Assembly (NCBI GenBank): GCA_040437565.1
Contig: JBDOQK010000022.1
Coordinates: forward strand, 62,001 to 126,000
Direction of reading: 5' to 3'
Source: Albugo candida
Taxonomy: Eukaryota
DNA length: 64,000 bases
Numbering within the stretch: position 1 is the stretch's first letter; each line of letters opens with the position of its first letter. Below the pieces are notes generated by a model that was not told where the DNA came from, did no database searches, and saw only the letters and a list, made by a program, of their open reading frames with translations. Of the stretch, positions 1 to 12,544 are shown one piece after another. The translations under genes and the position numbers were made by a program.

Positions 1-1700
1 CTGCATCTTGGGATGCAAATCGCAATGCTTCGAGGAATTGTCAGCGTGACAGAAAAAATTCAATCTCGTGGGTTTATCATTTTATTCTCCTTACGTGGTG
101 AGAGCGTAATATTGAACATCGTCCTTAGGTTCCAAGTTTTTTACGAGTGTGTTCTGAAGTCGGTCCCCAACTCCGCTTGTTGGATGATGCCACATGCAAT
201 GTTTTGTTTCTGTTGTTTGAAAATTATCTGTCAGACCAGGTTTGATGTAGCCAAGCACACGTTATCCACATCTGTTTCCAGTAATTTATTTCACTGATTC
301 CGCGACCACGTAGTCTATATTTTCTGATGATTTAAGTGTCAAAGTTTTCTATCATGCTAAAAATGATACATGCAAAGCCTCTAAAATAATTTTGGTATTT
401 CATAAAAATACGTCGCTTCTAACTTGCTTGATGGGATAAGAAACACCGTATGCATAGTACCTAAATTTATCTGAGTATCGAGATATTTTTTGCATAACAC
501 TTTTCAGCATGCAGTATGATTAACAACATGAGTTCATGTTTCTCTACCTACTAAATACTGTACCTGTTTACTTCTATAAGACTTGATTATGATAGGAAAC
601 GAGTAATGAGAAGCAATCATAAAGAAATCGTAGTTGGATTTCTGATTCGAGCGTCCGGTCCGCTTTCAGCACATCTAAATTCGGATGCAATGGTTTCGGC
701 TGAAATCATTTTTTATGATGGGAAAGATTTACTAGACAGATACTGAACAGATCATTTCTATAGACACCAGAAAATATCAGCATGTTAGCTTAGAACTATG
801 AATATGCGGCATGATTCTGGAAAAGGGAGATTCAAGCGAATTAATTGGATACGAGAATGTAGGAAGTTTACTTCACCTGGGAATTTCCAATAGCTGGCAT
901 TGTACACAAAGATAAATTAGTTTCCGCTGAATTAACCCTTATCATTTGAAGAAATGACATGGATGAAGCCAGACTAACACGGCAACCTGTGTAATAGTTA
1001 AATTGTCTAGATTCCAAAAGGCTAACTAAATGGCGTTTGTGTGGGCTACAGAAAGCTTGTGTCACCGGGTACGGGATGGATATAAATGTAGCTATGAGAA
1101 ATTTGAATCTACTCGATACAAGATAACATAACGACCCACTCAAGACGATTCAACGAATCTAGTGAGCTATTGCATTTTGTATCATGCGAGTAAATCTTTG
1201 ATCGCTAATTGTTTTAGGAACAAGATGTTTTGTTTGGGAAAACGTTTGATGAAAACTCTACTTATACCGAGAGTTAATTCATCAGAGTAGTACATCTTTA
1301 GATACTAGTGGTTGCACAGTGCTGCCCCCGTGCTAATATTTTACCTCAGGTGTGTGACCGGTACTTACACGTGATGAGATGTACTTATCTCTGATTCTTT
1401 TTCAAACTTATGCGGCATGATTATCGTGATTGCGGCATACGAAGCTCACAAAGCCTTCTCATACAAAGGGTGTAATTGTCTTGATTACATAAAGAATTCA
1501 CCATTCAGCTATTTCCTGTCAAAACGCAGCAGATACCATTTGATAGCTTTTATCTAATCGATTTCATCGAAACATAGTGAGCATTGCGATTGAATATACA
1601 AAAAGACCGAGAATATTCCGAAGAAATAAAAATATGACTTAGGATCTGACACTTCTCCGCATACACAGAACAGAATATGACATAAAGCTATTATAGGAAC
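1..1700 (+). pseudogene. Heavily decayed CCG-family effector relic (5' end probably outside window)
   Basis: Manual translation gives fragments colinear with the CCG gene at 61969: FCCLKIICQTRF (~209) vs TSCFAKTVCREPTF; FLYLLNTVPVYFYKT* (~540) vs VLYVLHSSDPDSFSKSC; RECRKF..AGIVHKDKL (~850-920) vs LCWKCL..DGLVVLDRV; DTSGCTVL..LPQVCD (~1300-1358) vs NKSGCNDL..PDIMCD. Many stops and frameshifts; ends approximate. Confidence 0.55.
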
Positions 1701-3899
1701 GTTGTATGCCTCAGCAATCCACAATAATTAAACTACACTTTCCCGCTCTGTCTCACAGAGTCGGCTATCTACTAACTTATTCAACCTTGCATATTTGGCA
1801 ATTTCAGACCTTATTCACATCAAGAGCGTCATACGACCTTTTCGATCGATCAACTAAAACAATCTTGTTACGGCGCTTCTGCAAAGTGTACAGGTATACA
1901 GTGTATAGTGCAATATCATGATCCGATGATCCGAAAGCCGGTTATGAGTTCAGATCTTTGGCGCGGTAGTCTACTAACAGCTCAGCTGAGATTTATTTTT
2001 CGATTCCCAGCTTTTATGTTTTTTGGGGAGGGTATCGCGTTTCTTGGAAATCTCGATTGCATGATCGAGATAAATGATTCTCCAAGTCTTTTTATTTTCT
2101 TGACCGACTTCGTATCAAGTGATGATAAAGTACAAAAATAGGTTAACGCATTCTATTCATCCGTCCAATTTCATTGTGGCGGGATTTTGATGAATACAAT
2201 ACGAGTACACCATCCAGATATGATTATTATCACTTATCATTTTTATTTCTTATTTCCGGTGCCTTAGTAGCGTTCTTCTCCATATATGTGATCGCCGCGT
2301 TCAGGGCAACATTCTTTCCCTTTTCTTCCTAATATATGTACCGATTCCAAGAGAAAATGTCACGTGCGCTTGACTAATCAGTCCCGCACACATTGTAGCT
2401 TTTCCTGCGGATAGATCGAAATTCAAAAACGTTCTTGTTTACATAGATCTCTATCTGATCATCAGTCATTTCTACAGCCATGGTATTCTCGTTACTGTTT
2501 CGTCTAACTGCATCGAAAGCTCCATATGTATTTAGAGTGCACGCATTGTAGTATGCAGGCGTGTTGAGAGCACAAAATACCACGTATTAGCATCCTGAGG
2601 ATCAGATGGAGTCATGAAGCATTGGAGTACGCTGGCTCCGACGGCAATCTTCAACATTGCCAAAGCGCATTGGAGCGAAATTTTGACGTTAGATTGAAAC
2701 AATCGCACTTTTTATTAGGTGATTCCCACCCGCGCTGATCCTTCTAATAAAGTATTCGAAAAACTTACAATTTGGCGCATGAATATCGCTCTTTTTCTGC
2801 AGAAAATTGTTTGCAAACGTGCCTCCGGTGCACCCTATTCTCATTATTCACCTGACGATTGATTCTGAAATCTCGGATGAAAATCTGAATCTAAAGATTG
2901 AAAATTGGTCTGCATGGTCACTCTTCAGGATCCGTAGAGTCTGATCTCTTCTCATGACGTCCATATCATCGGGCAGGCCTCGGTCGATATGATGGCTTCA
3001 CTCTAGGACCTTGTATCACAAGCTGGAAGGATTCAGAGTCCAGTGTACTTCCTGGCACTCACAATTGAAAAAAAGGCATCATTTTCTAATCTAATCAAGG
3101 ATGGATGGATAGCAGCTTGCTCATAGGGTCGTCATTTGATCAGTTAAATTCACTTGCATGGACACAAGTGATGGCGACAAACTTCATCGGTAAATACAAC
3201 ATCGTCTCGTATCAATGCGTCGCTACAAATCGTGTAATTCCTAGTGGCTACCTTTTCAGCTACGGGAACGTTTAAATCATTCGACAGACATCAGTCATGG
3301 TATCATCCGTCGTATTTTTTGATATGAGACTTGATATCGACGTTATGGACCCATATCAAGTAATTATTTGCCCATCTATGCATTCGTTGTTGATATTGTC
3401 TGCTTCATAGCGTTACTTTATTTTGTAACAGTATACTCCATTCAGGAATTTGAAGCATTGAAACAGACCAATTATTTCTCATCCCGTCCACGACGTTACC
3501 TCTTAGCAGATTCCTATGAAACTTATGGGCAGCATAGCTCGATAGATTCCCATTTTCCAATACATACTACTCGAGAATTTTTCATTGCAAAATTTTGGAT
3601 GATACGATGTTTCTCAGATCACGATTTTTGCGTTCGCCGAACTGTATATTCAAGTGACGATCAAGCAACATGTGATTATTGTAATCGAACAATTTTTCAT
3701 GAATAGAATCTAAATAAATCAAATGGAATGATTGCTGTCGATTCTTCATATCTTTTGTACATGTTTCGGGATGTCGCTACCTCGATCATCGACATGATTT
3801 AGGTAATCGCTTCTAGGCCTACTGGTTTACGTATCATTTCTCTATCTCGAAAGCGAATCTATAGAGCGCCTTTTAGATCAGAAAAGTACATTATATAGA

Positions 3900-4460
3900 T
3901 GGATTCGAGTTCAGCAACATCTCACTCTGCAAAGATCTCGTCTTGTTGATCATCCATCATGTTTGCCATCCCTGACATGCTATTTGCTTGTTTCTTGAAC
4001 TTCATCATATGCTCCATCGGACTGCTACTCCGTTTCATCTCAAAGCCATGCACTGCTGAGACCGAGTGTCTTCAAAACTGATGGTCGCGCTGGTTTCTAC
4101 CAGCGCATAGCCTTCAAGATAAAAGAAGCTACGTATTGGGTAGTAGATGAGCTTTTAATCCGACTATTTCTCTCAGAAATGCCACCTTGTGCCCGATGAG
4201 ATATGAGACATATTCTTATCCACGAGCGACTAATTTTCTTAATAAACGTTTTCAATCTGTAAAGCCCAGTCAATGTCAGCTCTTTGACGAGCAAGCATTC
4301 TTTCATGAGCAGTAGTGTACCATTTTTTTGCGAGCCACGCTACGCAATCGAAAGAAGAAAACTCATCTGACGTTCATTGTGTTCGAGATCACCTTCTCCA
4401 TTGTTGTACACATATTTCGGAAAATCTTAAATTCCGCAGCGATTGCCAGGAGACGTATAC
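3900..4460 (-). mobile_element. Copia gag remnant (repeated at 6254-6814; diverged copy ~26420-26760)
   Basis: Minus strand reads VHGFEMKRSSSPMEHMMKFKKQANSM..DDQQ..MLLNS, resembling the Copia gag (UBN2-type) region; disrupted. Confidence 0.45.
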
Positions 4461-5684
4461 GCTCCTGCTCTAGTCGTCCGAATTACACGTTTGAAAACCA
4501 TTAAGAAAAACAGTAGAATCAAAGAGGACAACGAACAGGGTGCAAGCATATAACATTCCGTGTTTTGGTCGACTTCACAAATCAATCAGATGTGTATACA
4601 CATCCGAAAGTGATGCGGCCTCAATAGTATAAAAGACGTTCTCGTTGTGAAAAATTAGACCGTATACTCTGTACATCTGATGCACACACACATTTCGTCG
4701 CTCTGGAGCGTTCAATGCTGCTTGATCTTCTACTAGAAGTCACATGATTCACGCCAATTGGTCGCAGGAATAAGAGAGAGATGAAACGATGTATATGTAT
4801 ACCAAAGAACTGATCTGACATGTACACAACTATGCTGCAATGCATGTGAATGCTACTGTTATCGCGTCTTGACACTTCCAGCGAGATCTGTCAGCGACAT
4901 GGGACAAAGCAAAAACACGCATACGACCGATTTTCGCATGTTCTCAATTCATATGACCCGTTTGTATTCTTTTTGCGTCGTGAGAATCACTCTCTTCATT
5001 CCACCGCCAGCTTGCGACATTATGTAATGACTTTCATGCGCTGTAAGCAGGCTTGGAAAAAGTTTTCCTTGTCGTCCTTGCTCCAAGCTTGGAGTGATGC
5101 TCGCTATCGAAGCGCTCTAAAAGGAGAGATGACGTCCTGGTTATGTCGTTTTTTGAAACCAGGATCTACCGGTGAGCTTCGTGCGTCATATCGATACAGG
5201 TTTCTTTATTTTGACACGGAATTTCCGCAAGTCAGCGAGAAAAATACCAAATATTGGGAGCAGACGTAGTCTCTAGGTCTACCCTTGTAATCACACAAAA
5301 TCATAACGAGCAGCCCCTTCAGCTATCGAAGGTTCCATATTCTGTAAAACCAGCATAAAAAGCATAGAAGTGACAGAGGGAGAAATGCGGCTAACCATGG
5401 AAAAAAACGCAAGGTTTTGAAACAACCAATGATCATCTCGATATGGATCAGAAAGGAGTTCAAGATGAATAAAGTAGCTGCGGTTTCCCGCTTGCGTAAA
5501 ATAGAAAGCCATACGTTTTCCAACAAACCGGTTTTTGGTCGATATGTAATAGCGACACGACAACTTGTGTGTTTTTTCTACTGCGCAGAGCTGGAATGAA
5601 ATATTCAGAGTTTTCTTCTACAGAATCGTTGGAGACTTATTTTCACACGTTCACTAAGCAATTTTCTCATCAGCGCTTAACCTC

Positions 5685-5849
5685 ATGCAATCACAAAGGG
5701 TTGCTAGTATCCTCGCGTTCGCTCTAGCTGCATATCAGTTGCATGTTAGTCATGGTCAACGTCATCGAAGACAATACAGACTAGACTTTCCCTATTTTAT
5801 TGATGAGTCAACCATGTGGAAGGCTTATGCAGTCTTTCAAAGCGCGCTT
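5685..5849 (+). other. Duplicate 5' fragment of gene 8039-9769, truncated by gap
   Basis: Identical to 8039-8203 and ends at the N run. Confidence 0.85.
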
Positions 5850-7827
5850 NNNNNNNNNNNNNNNNNNNNNNNNNNNNNNNNNNNNNNNNNNNNNNNNNNN
5901 NNNNNNNNNNNNNNNNNNNNNNNNNNNNNNNNNNNNNNNNNNNNNNNNNTGGATGATACGATGTTTCTCAGATCACGATTTTTGCGTTCGCCGAACTGTA
6001 TATTCAAGTGACGATCAAGCAACATGTGATTATTGTAATCGAACAATTTTTCATGAATAGAATCTAAATAAATCAAATGGAATGATTGCTGTCGATTCTT
6101 CATATCTTTTGTACATGTTTCGGGATGTCGCTACCTCGATCATCGACATGATTTAGGTAATCGCTTCTAGGCCTACTGGTTTACGTATCATTTCTCTATC
6201 TCGAAAGCGAATCTATAGAGCGCCTTTTAGATCAGAAAAGTACATTATATAGATGGATTCGAGTTCAGCAACATCTCACTCTGCAAAGATCTCGTCTTGT
6301 TGATCATCCATCATGTTTGCCATCCCTGACATGCTATTTGCTTGTTTCTTGAACTTCATCATATGCTCCATCGGACTGCTACTCCGTTTCATCTCAAAGC
6401 CATGCACTGCTGAGACCGAGTGTCTTCAAAACTGATGGTCGCGCTGGTTTCTACCAGCGCATAGCCTTCAAGATAAAAGAAGCTACGTATTGGGTAGTAG
6501 ATGAGCTTTTAATCCGACTATTTCTCTCAGAAATGCCACCTTGTGCCCGATGAGATATGAGACATATTCTTATCCACGAGCGACTAATTTTCTTAATAAA
6601 CGTTTTCAATCTGTAAAGCCCAGTCAATGTCAGCTCTTTGACGAGCAAGCATTCTTTCATGAGCAGTAGTGTACCATTTTTTTGCGAGCCACGCTACGCA
6701 ATCGAAAGAAGAAAACTCATCTGACGTTCATTGTGTTCGAGATCACCTTCTCCATTGTTGTACACATATTTCGGAAAATCTTAAATTCCGCAGCGATTGC
6801 CAGGAGACGTATACGCTCCTGCTCTAGTCGTCCGAATTACACGTTTGAAAACCATTAAGAAAAACAGTAGAATCAAAGAGGACAACGAACAGGGTGCAAG
6901 CATATAACATTCCGTGTTTTGGTCGACTTCACAAATCAATCAGATGTGTATACACATCCGAAAGTGATGCGGCCTCAATAGTATAAAAGACGTTCTCGTT
7001 GTGAAAAATTAGACCGTATACTCTGTACATCTGATGCACACACACATTTCGTCGCTCTGGAGCGTTCAATGCTGCTTGATCTTCTACTAGAAGTCACATG
7101 ATTCACGCCAATTGGTCGCAGGAATAAGAGAGAGATGAAACGATGTATATGTATACCAAAGAACTGATCTGACATGTACACAACTATGCTGCAATGCATG
7201 TGAATGCTACTGTTATCGCGTCTTGACACTTCCAGCGAGATCTGTCAGCGACATGGGACAAAGCAAAAACACGCATACGACCGATTTTCGCATGTTCTCA
7301 ATTCATATGACCCGTTTGTATTCTTTTTGCGTCGTGAGAATCACTCTCTTCATTCCACCGCCAGCTTGCGACATTATGTAATGACTTTCATGCGCTGTAA
7401 GCAGGCTTGGAAAAAGTTTTCCTTGTCGTCCTTGCTCCAAGCTTGGAGTGATGCTCGCTATCGAAGCGCTCTAAAAGGAGAGATGACGTCCTGGTTATGT
7501 CGTTTTTTGAAACCAGGATCTACCGGTGAGCTTCGTGCGTCATATCGATACAGGTTTCTTTATTTTGACACGGAATTTCCGCAAGTCAGCGAGAAAAATA
7601 CCAAATATTGGGAGCAGACGTAGTCTCTAGGTCTACCCTTGTAATCACACAAAATCATAACGAGCAGCCCCTTCAGCTATCGAAGGTTCCATATTCTGTA
7701 AAACCAGCATAAAAAGCATAGAAGTGACAGAGGGAGAAATGCGGCTAACCATGGAAAAAAACGCAAGGTTTTGAAACAACCAATGATCATCTCGATATGG
7801 ATCAGAAAGGAGTTCAAGATGAATAAA

Positions 7828-7843
7828 GTAGCTGCGGTTTCCC
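7828..7843 (+). promoter_or_regulatory. Conserved upstream motif G(C/T)AG(C/T)TGCGGT
   Basis: Recurs ~200-270 bp upstream of paralog starts at 7828, 16103, 18777, 28111/28502 and 37259. Confidence 0.5.
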
Positions 7844-8004
7844 GCTTGCGTAAAATAGAAAGCCATACGTTTTCCAACAAACCGGTTTTTGGTCGATATG
7901 TAATAGCGACACGACAACTTGTGTGTTTTTTCTACTGCGCAGAGCTGGAATGAAATATTCAGAGTTTTCTTCTACAGAATCGTTGGAGACTTATTTTCAC
8001 ACGT

Positions 8005-8020
8005 TCACTAAGCAATTTTC
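8005..8020 (+). promoter_or_regulatory. Oomycete INR/FPR-like core promoter
   Basis: TCACTAAGCAATTTTC ending 18 bp before the ATG; counterparts CCATTCAGCAATTTGC (16335-16350) and TCATTCAGCGTTTTGC (34794-34809) at equivalent positions. Confidence 0.6.
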
Positions 8021-8038
8021 TCATCAGCGCTTAACCTC

Positions 8039-9769
8039 ATGCAATCACAAAGGGTTGCTAGTATCCTCGCGTTCGCTCTAGCTGCATATCAGTTGCATGT
8101 TAGTCATGGTCAACGTCATCGAAGACAATACAGACTAGACTTTCCCTATTTTATTGATGAGTCAACCATGTGGAAGGCTTATGCAGTCTTTCAAAGCGCG
8201 CTTCTCAACGAAGTTGGAGTCGATAGTCTGGAGGTCACAGCGATTCAAACAGCCGCTATCGATTTCACGATCCATGCATCTCTCCGTGGCCTACAACGCG
8301 CGAAGGATTATCGCGCTACTGGGTCTGCAACAAGCATTGCATACATGGTTATGAATGAACGTGAACCATTGGATCCGAATCCTCCAGCAATCAGCAATGC
8401 TGAACACAACAAAAGGCCAAAAAGACTCGTGTGCTTGCCTCAGTTTGATACAAACGAAGATGACTGCAGAAAGTGTTTGATGCAGAAAAGCAATTCAATA
8501 CTTGGAGACTTTTTCGTAACAATTTCCGAATCCAAGTTGAGCGTTTATGTTATGTACACATCGCAGTCGGGAGATGAAATTGCCAACGCTTGCCGCGATA
8601 CTGGCGTGTGCGGTACATCGAACACTCAGCAATATCAACACATATATCCAGATGAAGTGTGTCAAGCTGTCCATGGCGCGCGAGAATCGCCGTTTTCCGC
8701 ATTGTTGACGAGTACAGCATACGATACGTTACCAGCGGCATCGGGCTCTCGTATCTGTTATCAAGTCACTATGAGACATGATCAACACCGCAAATTTGCT
8801 CAGAGTCAAGCATACAAAAATTGGGATCCGCATCATCTGCAACATTTGTCGAATAATATCATCGTGCATTGGATGGAGCTGGGTGCTGATTTTGCAGACA
8901 TCACGCTTTTATTGGTTTATGCAAGGGATGTGTTCGATCCCAATCGGGATATAATTGATGAAATGCGATCGGTGAAGAAAGTTCCGTTGGAGGATTGCTA
9001 TAAATATTATAACTCAAAACTTGATTTCACGACCTTCCAACAGGGAATGTCGCTATATACGTCAGACACTCGTATTGATCCTGATCCTGACAGCAAATGT
9101 TTGGTGGCTTACCACAATTATGAAAATTCGAAATCGAATGCATGCCGGAAATGTATCGAGTCTATGGGCAATGAAGCAACGAATGCCTCTGCCATCTCCT
9201 ATATTTTCACCCACCAACGTTCCAAAGCGACAAAAATTAGAAAATGCATCACCACAAGGGGTACACCTGCCTGCATTAAATTCAAGTTTCTCGACAATGA
9301 AGTGTGCGATTATGATTTATCCCAAAAAGAAGAGAAGAAAAAGAAAGAAGAGAAGAAACAGGAAGAAGAGACACAAAACAATAAAGCGCTCCTATCCGAG
9401 GCTGCAATCCGATCAATTCAATCAGAAAACCTGCATTCTGTTGTGTTTGCTTCATTTACCGATTACCGTTGCCTGGCATGTTATACTTTGGTGCACAACG
9501 TACTCTTCGTATCAATACAGCATGGGTACGTTTGGATGAAGAGAATAGGAGGACCGAGGGAATGTGATTGTTTGACCATCCAACGGAAATCATCTATCGA
9601 CGACGTTGATTCTTTTCAGGCAATTTCTTTCAATGAGGTTAACTGGCATATGTTTGGACGGCGGAATACGGAGTCTTCTTCCGCTGAGACCGTGAATGCC
9701 ATCGTCAATTCAATAGTACCTACACAAAAGTCCACGTATGAGGAAAGCCAAGTGGTCAGCTTCAAGTAA
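8039..9769 (+). CDS. Secreted Cys-rich multi-module protein, CCG-effector-related (A1, 576 aa)
   Basis: Intact intronless ORF; hydrophobic N-terminus MQSQRVASILAFALAAYQLHVSHG; CxxC modules CRKCLMQ, CRKCIES, CLACYTL; colinear with 16370-18079 and with downstream modules of the CCG gene at 61969. Confidence 0.9.
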   Translation: MQSQRVASILAFALAAYQLHVSHGQRHRRQYRLDFPYFIDESTMWKAYAVFQSALLNEVGVDSLEVTAIQTAAIDFTIHASLRGLQRAKDYRATGSATSIAYMVMNEREPLDPNPPAISNAEHNKRPKRLVCLPQFDTNEDDCRKCLMQKSNSILGDFFVTISESKLSVYVMYTSQSGDEIANACRDTGVCGTSNTQQYQHIYPDEVCQAVHGARESPFSALLTSTAYDTLPAASGSRICYQVTMRHDQHRKFAQSQAYKNWDPHHLQHLSNNIIVHWMELGADFADITLLLVYARDVFDPNRDIIDEMRSVKKVPLEDCYKYYNSKLDFTTFQQGMSLYTSDTRIDPDPDSKCLVAYHNYENSKSNACRKCIESMGNEATNASAISYIFTHQRSKATKIRKCITTRGTPACIKFKFLDNEVCDYDLSQKEEKKKKEEKKQEEETQNNKALLSEAAIRSIQSENLHSVVFASFTDYRCLACYTLVHNVLFVSIQHGYVWMKRIGGPRECDCLTIQRKSSIDDVDSFQAISFNEVNWHMFGRRNTESSSAETVNAIVNSIVPTQKSTYEESQVVSFK

Positions 9770-9868
9770 ATACAACTTAGTTTTTCATATTGCCTGTTGC
9801 AAATTAATATTTTCTATCAAACATAATATTGGGCGTAAATCTTACTCTTACAATGCCTCACCTTCGTT

Positions 9869-12544
9869 CGAAGTAAGCTAATTGCAACAAGTATCCTCGT
9901 AAAAACTCGGGAGTCATAAGGATTGGAAAATTCGCGCCACTTTACTAGAACACTTATTGACCAGGAATTGTTCAGTTGAAGGGTATACATCACTAGAACC
10001 GGACTAATCGACTTCTTTCGATGCCTCGGCTATCATAGAATTTAAAAATACATAAGCAAACGATTCAGAACAATACAGTTGCTGAATAATGATATATCGT
10101 CCTGCTGACAAGTCATCTAACTGAGCCCCAGAACGGAAAGAAGTGTACTTTCACTTTCACTTATACTTTTCAAAGCCATCTTGCAGGAATGATCGTTGAG
10201 TAGTCAATGATCGTTACATAGCGAGGTGGTCTAGCACCTTTATAAGCTGAATGCTCTTGTAGCACGGGACTCGAAAGTACAGATTGCGGGAGATATGAAA
10301 TAGCAAATTTGCGATTCCGGCAATTCTAGCACTATCCGTGATTAGTTCAGGACGATTCTGATCGGGCCAGGCAAAGTCAGGAGTCATGGCTCCTAACGAA
10401 CCAATCATGAAGCTGATGAAGTTTTGTTTATGGTTCCTCTATTCCGGTCTAAATCGTCCACATGATAGCACCGCAGCCTTTGTTAAACGTAGATCAGAAA
10501 ATTTGACTCATGCCGAGCCGAAGATGGCATCTCCCAAGACTGTTGTCTCATTTTCGCAACCAGAAAGGAGATGCTGATATGATTCGACGCTGCATACATA
10601 TACCGATTGTATAGAATAATGTATGCTTGAATATCTTCAAAATAGGGACCGAAATCGCACTAGCAGCACCGGGAGACCATACGAAACGGGTTGTTTACGC
10701 ACATCTTTGAGACAAGTAACTGAAGCATGCCGTAGTGTAGCCATAAACATGCACAGCAGCTCTGTATCTACGGCATCCTATCTATTCCCATTTAAATCAA
10801 GTATGAACATGAGATGCCTCTTGACTACTTCAAAACGTTTTCAACGCTCCGTGAGAATTTAAGAGCAGTATAGCTGAGATAAATTAGTTCTTCTTTGAAT
10901 ACCCACATAAATTATAATTCACTTAGCCCTGGCTAAATAAGGTGATAAAAAGTGATGAGGCCAATATCGAGAGGATACAATGTAGTATCTGGCGAAGTCA
11001 TAATAAATTGACCCGGAAACATTTTCGGCCATTTATGATGCATTAAGCCCTTTCTCGCTGTTATAGATTTAGAGAAATGCGTCCTCTATCGCCCACATGC
11101 GACAATGTCTGAATGCGTTTTGTAGACTTCAGACAACATAGGATGCAGCGAATATANNNNNNNNNNNNNNNNNNNNNNNNNNNNNNNNNNNNNNNNNNNN
11201 NNNNNNNNNNNNNNNNNNNNNNNNNNNNNNNNNNNNNNNNNNNNNNNNNNNNNNNNCGAAGTAAGCTAATTGCAACAAGTATCCTCGTAAAAACTCGGGA
11301 GTCATAAGGATTGGAAAATTCGCGCCACTTTACTAGAACACTTATTGACCAGGAATTGTTCAGTTGAAGGGTATACATCACTAGAACCGGACTAATCGAC
11401 TTCTTTCGATGCCTCGGCTATCATAGAATTTAAAAATACATAAGCAAACGATTCAGAACAATACAGTTGCTGAATAATGATATATCGTCCTGCTGACAAG
11501 TCATCTAACTGAGCCCCAGAACGGAAAGAAGTGTACTTTCACTTTCACTTATACTTTTCAAAGCCATCTTGCAGGAATGATCGTTGAGTAGTCAATGATC
11601 GTTACATAGCGAGGTGGTCTAGCACCTTTATAAGCTGAATGCTCTTGTAGCACGGGACTCGAAAGTACAGATTGCGGGAGATATGAAATAGCAAATTTGC
11701 GATTCCGGCAATTCTAGCACTATCCGTGATTAGTTCAGGACGATTCTGATCGGGCCAGGCAAAGTCAGGAGTCATGGCTCCTAACGAACCAATCATGAAG
11801 CTGATGAAGTTTTGTTTATGGTTCCTCTATTCCGGTCTAAATCGTCCACATGATAGCACCGCAGCCTTTGTTAAACGTAGATCAGAAAATTTGACTCATG
11901 CCGAGCCGAAGATGGCATCTCCCAAGACTGTTGTCTCATTTTCGCAACCAGAAAGGAGATGCTGATATGATTCGACGCTGCATACATATACCGATTGTAT
12001 AGAATAATGTATGCTTGAATATCTTCAAAATAGGGACCGAAATCGCACTAGCAGCACCGGGAGACCATACGAAACGGGTTGTTTACGCACATCTTTGAGA
12101 CAAGTAACTGAAGCATGCCGTAGTGTAGCCATAAACATGCACAGCAGCTCTGTATCTACGGCATCCTATCTATTCCCATTTAAATCAAGTATGAACATGA
12201 GATGCCTCTTGACTACTTCAAAACGTTTTCAACGCTCCGTGAGAATTTAAGAGCAGTATAGCTGAGATAAATTAGTTCTTCTTTGAATACCCACATAAAT
12301 TATAATTCACTTAGCCCTGGCTAAATAAGGTGATAAAAAGTGATGAGGCCAATATCGAGAGGATACAATGTAGTATCTGGCGAAGTCATAATAAATTGAC
12401 CCGGAAACATTTTCGGCCATTTATGATGCATTAAGCCCTTTCTCGCTGTTATAGATTTAGAGAAATGCGTCCTCTATCGCCCACATGCGACAATGTCTGA
12501 ATGCGTTTTGTAGACTTCAGACAACATAGGATGCAGCGAATATA
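9869..12544. repeat. Gap-flanking duplication: 9869-11156 = 11257-12544 (offset 1388); probable assembly overlap
   Basis: Apparently identical sequence around gap 11157-11256. Confidence 0.9.

Larger units (their letters stand above)
3596..8203. repeat. Gap-flanking duplication: 3596-5849 = 5950-8203 (offset 2354); probable assembly overlap
   Basis: Apparently identical sequence and identical ORF translations on both sides of the 100-N gap 5850-5949. Confidence 0.9.

Noticed and set aside
2370-3100. Gypsy gag/protease remnant on the minus strand
   Set aside because: Only faint motif echoes (APMRFG); not supportable without a search.
5685-6011. Separate short secreted gene or recent tandem duplicate of A1
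   Set aside because: Identical to the A1 5' end and runs into an N gap within a gap-flanking overlap.
8111-8140. RXLR-type motif in QRHRRQYRL
   Set aside because: No RxLR-dEER match, and not conserved in paralogs (KLYNERYII, QLYNDEYRM).
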